64,000 nucleotides of DNA from the NCBI GenBank assembly GCA_965205865.1, contig CBDBHR010000030.1, forward strand, positions 288,001 to 352,000. The letters run 5' to 3'. The notes below the pieces were generated by a model. That model ran no database searches. It worked only from the letters and a program-made list of their open reading frames with translations, and was not told the DNA's origin. Below are positions 55,870 to 64,000 of this stretch, piece after piece (position 1 is the stretch's first letter; each line of letters starts with the position of its first letter). The position numbers and the translations under genes are program-made. This stretch comes from a bacterium. Lineage in GTDB: Bacteria; SAR324; NAC60-12.

Positions 55870-56115
55870 ATGAACACAGCAGCAACCCAGAAAGTAGAAC
55901 TCCATCAAGCAATCAATCGCATCCCTGAGAATAAGCTGGAAGCCGCAAAAGTCTACTTGCATTCGCTGGCCCAAGAAGGGGCAAGCAACGAAGCTAAAAA
56001 AGGGAGCTTAGAAGGGATATGGGAAGGGACAGGACTTGAAAACCTCGACTTTGAAGCTGAATTGAAAAAACTGAGAAAAGAAATGAGTGAGGCGATCTTA
56101 TCCAGGAAATTTTAA
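55870..56115 (+). CDS. Putative antitoxin
   Basis: KVELHQAINRIPENKL...SLEGIWEG; TAATG coupling to the PIN gene. Confidence 0.7.
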   Translation: MNTAATQKVELHQAINRIPENKLEAAKVYLHSLAQEGASNEAKKGSLEGIWEGTGLENLDFEAELKKLRKEMSEAILSRKF

Positions 56116-56498
56116 TGAAATACCTTGTAGATACCGTTGCCCTAAATCGTCATTTCACGAGAAATAAAAATATCGGGAAACAAGCCCGTGAGATCCTTTC
56201 CAATCCTGACGAAAACGTGTTTTATATCTCCATTGTGAGCCTCATGGAGATTTTGTATTTATCAGAAAAAAACAGGATAGATATTTCATTGAAAGAAACA
56301 CTAAGACGGATCAATGCCAAAGAAAGCTATCAGATTGTCGAACTTGATGCAGAAATTCTCCAAGTAGCCGAAACTGTCCCATTTCCTGAGCTTCATGACC
56401 GATTAATACTTGCGACGGCAAAATGGCTTGAGGTTCCCATCATTTCAAGTGATAAGGATTTCCAAAATGTTGAAGGTATCACGACCATTTGGAAATAA
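56115..56498 (+). CDS. PIN-domain toxin
   Basis: YLVDTVAL, SIVSLMEI, ELHDRLILATA, IISSD. Confidence 0.87.
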   Translation: MKYLVDTVALNRHFTRNKNIGKQAREILSNPDENVFYISIVSLMEILYLSEKNRIDISLKETLRRINAKESYQIVELDAEILQVAETVPFPELHDRLILATAKWLEVPIISSDKDFQNVEGITTIWK

Positions 56499-56693
56499 TC
56501 CATCTTATCCTGTTTTGCTCTCCAATGTTCTCATTTCAAGTACCCTTCCCAGGAACAAGAAAGGCAACGGTTTTCCCAGGAGAGCCTTTCGTAGCACGGA
56601 AGGCAGAAGACGGGGGACCACCGCAGTAGTCCCCTATCCTGGAGGTAAAGCAGTGGAAACTCTGGAATTGTGAGAACAACCCCTTTTGCGTGC

Positions 56694-56997
56694 TTACCCA
56701 TTGAAAGGATTGATCAGTCTGGCCAGGAGGCTTCTTTTGCGTTTCCCCGTGGTGCCGTAACTACCCTCACCTCCGCGCAGTCTGGGATCGAGCAGGTCTT
56801 CCATCGCGTCACCGAACATGTTGAGGGAATAGACGGTAATCGTCAGGAAAAGCCCCGGCCAGAGCGCCAGCCAAGGGGCCGCCTCCATGTACTGACGCCC
56901 TTCGCGGCTGAGCAGTCCCCCCCAACTGGGAATCTCGACGGGCAGCCCGAATCCGAGGAAGCTCAGCGAAGCCTCGGCAATGATGACGCCGCCAATT
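56694..56997 (-). pseudogene. dppC 3' fragment
   Basis: [14 protein letters not shown]...APWLALWPG...DLLDPRLRGG. Confidence 0.8.
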
Positions 56998-57105
56998 TCG
57001 GGCAGAAGCGTGGGAACGCTTAAGGCTCTTGCCTTTCCTCATCCGTTTCGATATTTTTCCATATATTATTCTATATTGGAAGTTTTCCTGAAACTGGAAG
57101 ACAGT

Positions 57106-57648
57106 ATGGATAAAAAAAGTAGCGTTCCCATTCAACAGCACATCCACTTGATCCGAGGAAAGGAGGTGATTATCGATTCAGATTTAGCGGAACTCTATGG
57201 CGTACCAACAAAGCGGCTCAATGAACAAGTTAAGCGTAACATAGAACGTTTTCCAGAGGACTTTATGTTTCAGATGACGAAAGAGGAGCTAGCTTATTGG
57301 AGGTCGCAAATTGCGACCTCCAATCCATCCAAAGCCAAAATGGGTCTACGCAGAAAACCCCACGTATTTACAGAACAGGGAGTGGCAATGTTATCCAGTG
57401 TGCTGAACAGCCCGATAGCAGTCCAGGTTAATATCCAGATCATGCGTGCTTTTGTCCAATTCCGCAGGATGCTGGCCTCTAATCAAGAACTTCTTGCCAA
57501 AATTACGGCAATGGAGGCAAAGTATGATGAGCAGTTCAAGATGATCTTTGAAGCGATCCGCTCCATGATCGAACAAAAAACTACAAAACGACAAATAGGA
57601 TTTGCAGTTCCTTCTAATAACCAAGGAATAATATCAAATGGAGGATAA
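57106..57648 (+). CDS. ORF6N-domain (phage-type DNA-binding) protein
   Basis: [55 protein letters not shown]. Confidence 0.88.
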   Translation: MDKKSSVPIQQHIHLIRGKEVIIDSDLAELYGVPTKRLNEQVKRNIERFPEDFMFQMTKEELAYWRSQIATSNPSKAKMGLRRKPHVFTEQGVAMLSSVLNSPIAVQVNIQIMRAFVQFRRMLASNQELLAKITAMEAKYDEQFKMIFEAIRSMIEQKTTKRQIGFAVPSNNQGIISNGG

Positions 57649-57713
57649 TTTGCCTGTACCTTTTCTTATATTACATAAAATGGTGGGTGTTTGGAAGGCA
57701 CCGTCCGCTGGCC

Positions 57714-58040
57714 TTATTCGTACCGCACCCGCGGGTCCAGATAGGGATAAATCAGGTCGATGAGGAGATTGAGCAGCACCACCCCGCTGGCGAAAAACAG
57801 GTTGACTCCGGAGACCATCGGGTAGTCTCTCTCATTGAGGGCATTCACCAAGAGACGACCTATCCCCGGCAGGTTGAAGATGTTCTCCATGATCACGGCG
57901 CCCCCGACCAGGATCGGCAACTGCAGGCCGCAGAGAGGCTAGGCGGCCGCAGCGCGGCCAATAAGCCCAGCTGAACGCGTGACCACCGGGATGAGGGCAT
58001 TTTTGAGGGTGTGCCGGATCACCACGATCCGCTCCTTCAT
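57714..58040 (-). pseudogene. dppB 3' fragment with hairpin insertion
   Basis: Same as 48279-48603, with a stop inside the insertion. Confidence 0.85.
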
Positions 58041-58264
58041 TTCAATCGAGAAAATAAAAGACAATTTAATATTTGACCCCATTCTAATATTTGACCCCTT
58101 TCCGCCACTCGGTCCTGACCACCTCTTCTTTTTGAAGCTCAAAAGGACACTTTCAGAGACACCGTAAGAGGGCGAGAGCAAAATCTATGAGGAGCAACTA
58201 TTTCTCATGGCACTTGCCCCCTTTGAAGATTACACAATAGCAAAGATAAGACGTGGTTTCATGA

Positions 58265-58478
58265 CACGGAAGGAAGCAAACAGGGGACCACCGCAGTAGT
58301 CCCCCATCCTAGAGGACATTATGTTACAAAAAATGGCGGGTGTTTGGAAAGCACCGCCTGCTGGCCTTGAGGAAAAGGGAGCTTGAATGACCCCCATATT
58401 GGATCGCACTATTGCAGGAAAGGAAGAACAGTGGTAAACTGCAAATAGTTATTTCAAATTGAGGAAAAAAAGGAGGTT
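58265..58478 (+). promoter_or_regulatory. Repeated leader/promoter element, copy 4
   Basis: TTGCAG-17-TAAACT at 58412-58440; GGAGG RBS. Confidence 0.7.
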
Positions 58479-59090
58479 ATGAGAAGATTTTGGATCACTT
58501 TGTTTCTGGGAGCAATGAGCTTTTTGCTGAGCCATGTAGTGGTTTATGGGCAACAAATGCTCGGATTTACCCAGGATGATCGAGAGCGTATCATTCGGCT
58601 GGAAACCACCTTAACGCTCTTTATGGAAGCTACTGATAAGCGGTTTATCGAATTACGGGAAGATATGAACAACCGCTTTGAACAGGTAGATCAGCGGTTT
58701 ATCGAATTACGGGAAGATATGAACAACCGCTCGAAGCAGGTTGACAAGCGCTTTGTCGAATTACGAGAAGATATGAACAACCGCTTTGAACAGATGATGA
58801 ATACCTTGCAACTGATTGCCGGCATTTTTACCGTCCTGACTCTGGGTGTCATCGGATTTGCTTATTGGGACCGACGCACCATCATTCGCAAAGCCAAAGA
58901 AGAGACTCTGGAAACGCTGGCAGGGGAGGCCGCCCCTAAAGAACAAGCGACAATCGACCGGGCTGTGGCGCAAGCGGTGCAGGAAATCAAAAAAGACCAG
59001 CGTCTGCCAGACTTGCTCTCGGCTTTACGAAAACTGGCCGCCAACGACCCGCCTCTGGCGAACGTGCTCAAAGAATTTCATTTATTGTAG
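58479..59090 (+). CDS. Coiled-coil membrane protein, copy 3 (203 aa)
   Basis: Near-identical to copy 2 plus one 18-aa repeat block. Confidence 0.85.
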   Translation: MRRFWITLFLGAMSFLLSHVVVYGQQMLGFTQDDRERIIRLETTLTLFMEATDKRFIELREDMNNRFEQVDQRFIELREDMNNRSKQVDKRFVELREDMNNRFEQMMNTLQLIAGIFTVLTLGVIGFAYWDRRTIIRKAKEETLETLAGEAAPKEQATIDRAVAQAVQEIKKDQRLPDLLSALRKLAANDPPLANVLKEFHLL

Positions 59091-59147
59091 CTTCAATCAC
59101 GCTCCTCACTACTAGAGGGAGGGGAATCGCTTATCCGGAAAACCCCT

Positions 59148-60110
59148 TCACTCATACCGCACTCTCGGGTCCAGATAGGGATAAATCAGGTCGATGAGGA
59201 GATTGAGCAGCACCACCCCGCTGGCGAAAAACAGGTTGACTCCGGAGACCATCGGGTAGTCTCGGTCATTGAGGGCATTCACCAAGAGACGCCCGATCCC
59301 TGGCAGGTTGAAGATGTTCTCCATGATCACCGCGCCCCCGACCAGGATCGGCAACTGCAGGCCGATCAGGGTGATAACCGGGATGAGGGCATTTTTGATG
59401 GTGTGCCGGATAATCACTACCCGCTCCCTGAGTCCCTTGGACCAGGCGGTCCGGATATAGTCCTGCCGGAGCACCTCCAGCATCATGGTGCGCATCATCC
59501 GCATGGTGGCGGCAGAGGAGGCCGTTCCCAGAATCAGGCTGGGAATGAGGAACACCGCCAGATTCCCCAGCGGGTCTTCGGTGAAAGAAACCAGCTCCAG
59601 CGGCGGCGCCCAACCCCACCAGATGGCCGGGTAGATCATGACCATAATGCCCAGCCAGAAGTTCGGCGTGGCCAGGCCGATGACGGCGAGGGAGCGCCCC
59701 ACGTAGTCGGCGGCCGTATCCTGGCGAATCGCCGAGTAGATGCCGATTGGCAGCGCGATCACGAGCCCGATGAGGATTGCCATCAAACCGAGCTCAATGG
59801 TGACCGGCAGTCTCTCTAATATCGCCTCCTCCACCGAGTTTCTCGTAAACAGGGATTCGCCAAGGCTGCCGTGCAGGAAAATATCTCCTATCCATCGTCC
59901 ATACTGCACGTAAACAGGCACGTCCAATCCCAGCATACGCTCAAGAGCTTCACGGTCTACATCCCATTGCACATTGAACATTCCCATCCTGCCCACGATG
60001 ACGTCTATGACATCGCCGGGGATGAAGCGCACCGAGAGGAAGACCAGGATGCTCAAGATAAACAGGGTGGGGATTATCAGCAATAACCGCCTGATGATAT
60101 AGGCTCTCAT
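59148..60110 (-). CDS. dppB: Peptide/nickel ABC permease (DppB type), intact
   Basis: Start MRAYIIRRLL at 60110; all motifs intact. Confidence 0.9.
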   Translation of the reverse strand: MRAYIIRRLLLIIPTLFILSILVFLSVRFIPGDVIDVIVGRMGMFNVQWDVDREALERMLGLDVPVYVQYGRWIGDIFLHGSLGESLFTRNSVEEAILERLPVTIELGLMAILIGLVIALPIGIYSAIRQDTAADYVGRSLAVIGLATPNFWLGIMVMIYPAIWWGWAPPLELVSFTEDPLGNLAVFLIPSLILGTASSAATMRMMRTMMLEVLRQDYIRTAWSKGLRERVVIIRHTIKNALIPVITLIGLQLPILVGGAVIMENIFNLPGIGRLLVNALNDRDYPMVSGVNLFFASGVVLLNLLIDLIYPYLDPRVRYE

Positions 60111-60239
60111 GTGACACACCTTATCAGTCGTTGGATGAGGACAGAATCTCCTCTTCGATGATTCAATGAGTAAAGGAGCCGGGAAGCTTGAGCCTCCCAG
60201 CTCCCTTTTCCCCGAGCTAAGCCACAAGGGATGAAACCC

Positions 60240-61484
60240 CTAATAACCCATTGCTTCCTTCAGCTCACTATCAATCCAGAGGCGGGTCAAAACCTGGTTA
60301 AATTGACCGTTTCCCATGTACACTTCATTGTTAAAACCTATGAGCCACGGTTGGACCGCGGTAAAAGCTGGAAAATTAGGAGTCCATATCGACCAGAACT
60401 CCTCTATCCCATACTGATTCAACTCTCCAGCTAACCTGTACTGCTCGTCGAGAGTGGTAGCGGCTAAGGCGGCTTCAAACTTGGCTGTATAAACCGGGTC
60501 GTTGACATTGGAGCTGTTCCAATGTGCGCCCGGCGTATAACGTTTTTGGGTGCCCACTGGATCCCCATAGTTAGCCATTTCCGCATTGATCATTTCGAAA
60601 TCCCTCTCACCTCTTTTAGCGGAAAATTCAGCTCCTGGCTGTACATCAATCTCTGCTACATCAATGCCAATCTTATTCCAGTATGAAAAGACTAATTGTA
60701 CATAGTTCAAATCGTAGCGGTCGATATGCAAGAACTTGGTCTTGAATCTAATGCCGTCCGCGCCGCGCTTGTACCCGGCCTCATCAAGGAGCTTTTCGGC
60801 ACCTTCCGGGTCGTAGTCAAAGACTTTCTTGACGTCTTCGGGCCAATCTTCAAATTGGGTGACAACCTCTGTATAAGACCGGTTTAGCTGCCCCTGGGGT
60901 ATCGTATCGGCATAACCCCCAAAGTAGGTATTGTTAATTTCTTCGAGGTTTATTGCCATTTGCATGGCCTTGCGCACCCGGATGTCGGAAAAATACGGCA
61001 ACTGAACGTTGATGCCAAAACCATTATCCGACCGACCGGTCCACGGCCATATCACGATTTCGGGGTTGGTCCGCTTAAGGCTCTCTACCTGATCGAGACT
61101 CCTGATTTGAGTGTTGCCGAGCACACCCATGTAATCAAGCTTACCCGTGCGCAGTGCCGCCAGCTGTGTTGCCACTTCGGGCATAATCAGGTTCCTTAAC
61201 TGGTCAATATAGGGCAGGCGGTTCTCCGCGTATTTTTCGTCGTAGGCCCAGTAGTCAGGATTCTTGTCCCAGGTGATAGAGCTGCCCTCGGTCCAGTCAG
61301 TCAGCATCATGGGTCCGGTGCCGACCAGGTTCCTCCAATCCGAAATGTCGCCGTGTTCCTTGATTACCTCGGGCGGGTATATCCAGGCAGACCAGTCGCC
61401 GAGGATAGAAGTCAGCGCACCGAGGTATGGCTCCTTCAGCTTAAAAACAACCGTCCATTTGTCAGTGACCTCTATCGATTCCAA
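60240..61484 (-). CDS. C-terminal part of a family 5 SBP (continuation of the M56-SBP fusion across a 1-nt frameshift)
   Basis: VGTGP, NRLPYID, FSDIRVRKAMQMAI, YDPEGAEKLLDEAG; no signal peptide of its own. Confidence 0.85.
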   Translation of the reverse strand: MESIEVTDKWTVVFKLKEPYLGALTSILGDWSAWIYPPEVIKEHGDISDWRNLVGTGPMMLTDWTEGSSITWDKNPDYWAYDEKYAENRLPYIDQLRNLIMPEVATQLAALRTGKLDYMGVLGNTQIRSLDQVESLKRTNPEIVIWPWTGRSDNGFGINVQLPYFSDIRVRKAMQMAINLEEINNTYFGGYADTIPQGQLNRSYTEVVTQFEDWPEDVKKVFDYDPEGAEKLLDEAGYKRGADGIRFKTKFLHIDRYDLNYVQLVFSYWNKIGIDVAEIDVQPGAEFSAKRGERDFEMINAEMANYGDPVGTQKRYTPGAHWNSSNVNDPVYTAKFEAALAATTLDEQYRLAGELNQYGIEEFWSIWTPNFPAFTAVQPWLIGFNNEVYMGNGQFNQVLTRLWIDSELKEAMGY

Positions 61485-61500
61485 ATCCCAACTTTGGAAA

Positions 61501-63060
61501 CTATAAGCTGTTTGGGCTTTTTTCGGTGAAACCGCTACCCATACCCAACAGACGATGATAGTTAAACTCGATATCCTGGGCCGTCAGCTCACGACCGTTC
61601 ATCGGAGGCTTATCATGCCAGTGAACGCCCTGGCGGACTTTGATGATAATAGTTAGTGGGTCGGGCTGCGACCAGCTTTCCGCCAGCGCCCCTCTCGAGT
61701 AGGCTGGAGGGACGTTGAGATATTTGAAGGCAAATTTGTCCCTATCTATTCCCCAGTCCGCGATGGCCAGCTTCTCTGTAACGACCCCGGTGGATACATT
61801 CGACCCTCCACCAGACAGCAAGGAGTCAGGACCCGGCCACTCTGCTTTCAGGGCAAAGGTTAATGTCCCGCCATACTCTGGCGCGGACACCATCTTGCCG
61901 GTGGAGGGGTCTTTGACCATGTCCGAGGCGGCAAAGGTCAAGGTCGTGAAACCAAGTACAATCATGCTGAGGAGGGCCAGCATGGAACGCCCTTTTGAGT
62001 TTCGATGATGATTTATCATAATAATCCTTTCTTTCATTTGAGAAAAAGTAAACCAAAAGCACCCCGCCTGGAAATTTTCAAGCATCATTTCCGGCTGGGA
62101 TACCGTTTTGAGTATGGTCAATCCATACGATTTCCGTTCCCTTTGAGGAACGGAAGCTAAAACCCATTGATCACAGGCCAGTTCCTGATCCAAGCGGAAC
62201 AGCCGATAGGCCAGATAGATCAACGGGTTGAACCAATAAACACACTTGAGCGCTAAAGCCCAGGTGATGAAGAGAGAATCTTTGCGTTGTAGATGGGCCA
62301 GTTCATGAGCGAGAATGAATTCCGTTTCCCGTGGGGAAAAGCGTTCGGCAAACCGGAGGGGCAGCACCAGATTGGGATGCAACCATCCGATCACTGCAGG
62401 CCCCTGAATCCGTGCGGAGACGAACACGTCCCCCTGGAACTTCAGGCCCATTGTGAGGCACAGTTTTTCGAGCAACCTTCTCATTTCCAGGGAAGGTTTC
62501 CGCTTCTCTCGCAGCAGTTGCTTCTGAAAATGCGCATGCCGGTGTAATGTGAAAAGTCCCATCATCACGAATCCCCCAAGCCACACGAAGAAAATGATCG
62601 TCATGCCGTCTATTTCCGAAAAAACAGGCCACCCGCCAACCGAGGCGGAGGATGGGGAATCTCGAGGGGGGAAGCTGGGCTCACTCAAACGCTCCGCGGG
62701 AAAGGGAGAAGCCTTTTCCTGTATCGCCGTTTTCATGGATTCCCACCGAGCCTTATTCTCTACGTTGATCTGTTGGAATAAGGCTTCGGACGCAGTGAGG
62801 GGCTTTTTGTTTTGCAGCAGGGCAAACACCCCTTGCTGCATCTTGAAGTTATAAAGGATGTTTTGCCAGGAAGGGAGGAGACTGAGTTGTGTTTGAGGGG
62901 TGACGATGATCATCATTTTAAGAGCAGGGAGCAGCCAAAGCGCGTGACTCCATTTTGCCCCAAAATAACGAACCACCGGTTTGCGAATCACGAACACGAA
63001 AACGATTAAAAGACTGGACCACAGGGTGGCCTCAGCTAATCCGTACATTAGAGTTGCCAT
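61501..63060 (-). CDS. BlaR1/MecR1-type M56 metallopeptidase fused to the N-terminal part of a family 5 SBP
   Basis: ALWLLPALK, GPAVIG, AHELAHLQRKD, WFNPLIY, DQELACD, MKERIIMI, a TM, then MVKDPSTGKMVSAPEYGG. Confidence 0.88.
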   Translation of the reverse strand: MATLMYGLAEATLWSSLLIVFVFVIRKPVVRYFGAKWSHALWLLPALKMMIIVTPQTQLSLLPSWQNILYNFKMQQGVFALLQNKKPLTASEALFQQINVENKARWESMKTAIQEKASPFPAERLSEPSFPPRDSPSSASVGGWPVFSEIDGMTIIFFVWLGGFVMMGLFTLHRHAHFQKQLLREKRKPSLEMRRLLEKLCLTMGLKFQGDVFVSARIQGPAVIGWLHPNLVLPLRFAERFSPRETEFILAHELAHLQRKDSLFITWALALKCVYWFNPLIYLAYRLFRLDQELACDQWVLASVPQRERKSYGLTILKTVSQPEMMLENFQAGCFWFTFSQMKERIIMINHHRNSKGRSMLALLSMIVLGFTTLTFAASDMVKDPSTGKMVSAPEYGGTLTFALKAEWPGPDSLLSGGGSNVSTGVVTEKLAIADWGIDRDKFAFKYLNVPPAYSRGALAESWSQPDPLTIIIKVRQGVHWHDKPPMNGRELTAQDIEFNYHRLLGMGSGFTEKSPNSL

Positions 63061-63080
63061 TTCAACACCTCCTCAAGGGA

Positions 63081-63455
63081 TCAATCCATTTTTTCTAAAA
63101 GAATCTTCAATTCCTCAATTTCTTGCTTCGTCAATAATTCTTGTTCGGCAAAACTTGTGAGCAGCGGAGAGACTTTTCCGCCAAACCAATTCTGCAAAAA
63201 ATTTCTACTTTCCAAATGCAGATACACTTTTCGACAGACCATGGGAAAATACAGATACTTCCTCTTGTCCTTTTTGAACCCCAAAATCTTTTTCTTTAAC
63301 AAGCGGTTCAACAGAGTCTTTACTGTCTTGGCCTGCCAATCCTTCTGAGGAGCAAGGGTTTCAATCACCTCTTGGGCTGATTGCGGTGATTTTTCCCATA
63401 GCACCTCCATCACTTCACGCTCTGCATTGCTGATCTTCCTTGTCATCTTCGTCAT
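63081..63455 (-). CDS. BlaI/MecI/CopY-family repressor
   Basis: ISNAEREVMEVLW, WQAKTVKTLLNRLLKK, FGGKVSPLLTSF. Start taken at the ATG 63455 behind AAAGGA (ORF track extends to 63497). Confidence 0.9.
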   Translation of the reverse strand: MTKMTRKISNAEREVMEVLWEKSPQSAQEVIETLAPQKDWQAKTVKTLLNRLLKKKILGFKKDKRKYLYFPMVCRKVYLHLESRNFLQNWFGGKVSPLLTSFAEQELLTKQEIEELKILLEKMD

Positions 63456-63477
63456 TTCCTTTTTTCGCTTTCCTTGC

Positions 63478-63837
63478 ATGATTACCTTTGTAATCATTTT
63501 ATAAGAATTACATAGGTAATCTTAGAAATCAAACTTTTTTTACGAGATTGAAAATTTTTACCGGTTTTGATAAAATTTATTATAAGTTATTGAAATATTT
63601 CATTTATATTTCATTTTCATTCTTAAAAGATATGATTACCTTTGTAATCTTTTATAAGAATTACACAGGTAATCTCAGAAATCAAACTTTTTTTACGAGA
63701 TCGAAAATTTTTACCGGTTTTGAAAAAAAATTTTATGAGATATTGAATATTTATTTTCCGTCATTGAGAAATATGATTACCTTTGTAATCATATTATAAG
63801 AATTACACAGGTAATCTTAGAAATCAAACTTTTTTTT
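63478..63837. promoter_or_regulatory. Three tandem ~141-154 bp repeats, each with two BlaI/CopY-type operators
   Basis: GATTACCTTTGTAATC at ~63480, 63634 and 63775; ATTACA(T/C)AGGTAAT at 63507, 63660 and 63802. Each is one mismatch from TACA-NN-TGTA. Confidence 0.8.
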
Positions 63838-63885
63838 GTGCTTGATCTCTTTGTAGATGACAAAAAATTCAGTCAGTGTAATTTT

Positions 63886-64000
63886 TCAGGGGAGTTTCGG
63901 TCCTGCCGCAAGGATTTCCGCACTGGCGCTTTGTTCGTAGGAGCTGAAGTTTTCTTGAAATAAAGTTGCCAATTGCGCAGCTTGCCGGTCATAGGCGTCC
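63886..64000 (-). CDS. pckA: PEP carboxykinase (ATP), C-terminal end (partial)
   Basis: DAYDRQAAQLATLFQENF...EILAAGPKLP*. Confidence 0.75.
   Translation of the reverse strand, partial: DAYDRQAAQLATLFQENFSSYEQSASAEILAAGPKLP

Noticed and set aside
47901-59150. Classical integron or diversity-generating retroelement
   Set aside because: No IntI or reverse transcriptase; I saw no RYYYAAC/GTTRRRY-bounded attC sites, and differences between copies are not adenine-specific.
60111-60227. N-terminal extension of dppB (and 20359-20568 of the SBP)
   Set aside because: Paralog alignment supports starts at 60110 and 20358.
63478-63837. Possible CRISPR array (also considered for 20381-20554)
   Set aside because: The linkers are homologous rather than unique spacers, and no cas genes are present.

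Overview
Bacterial chromosomal window. The host is probably a Deltaproteobacteria/SAR324-like diderm, which is an inference from gene style only. Core genes: nuoM (partial), a methionine block (JAB protease, PLP enzyme, sahR-like regulator, metH), class I aldolase, an APC-RCK-PTS fusion transporter, mnmE, nrdJ, gatB, ccmCDE and pckA (partial). Two decaying accessory regions interrupt them. Region 1 (~15.1-38.3 kb, between tRNA-Leu and tRNA-Asn) holds two GC-rich peptide/nickel-type (family 5) ABC loci, IS elements, TA modules, a MITE and many pseudogenes. Region 2 (~47.9-63.85 kb) is headed by a BlaI-type repressor with a triplicated six-operator promoter. Next comes a BlaR1/M56 metalloprotease whose sensor domain is a family 5 ABC substrate-binding protein, split by one frameshift. 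Downstream is a ~12 kb mosaic in which repeated dppB/dppC fragments alternate with cargo: TA pairs, an ORF6N protein and three length-variable coiled-coil genes, several behind one reused ~200 bp promoter element. The most notable candidates are the BlaI/M56-SBP one-component-like transporter-sensing system and the dpp-anchored cassette array.
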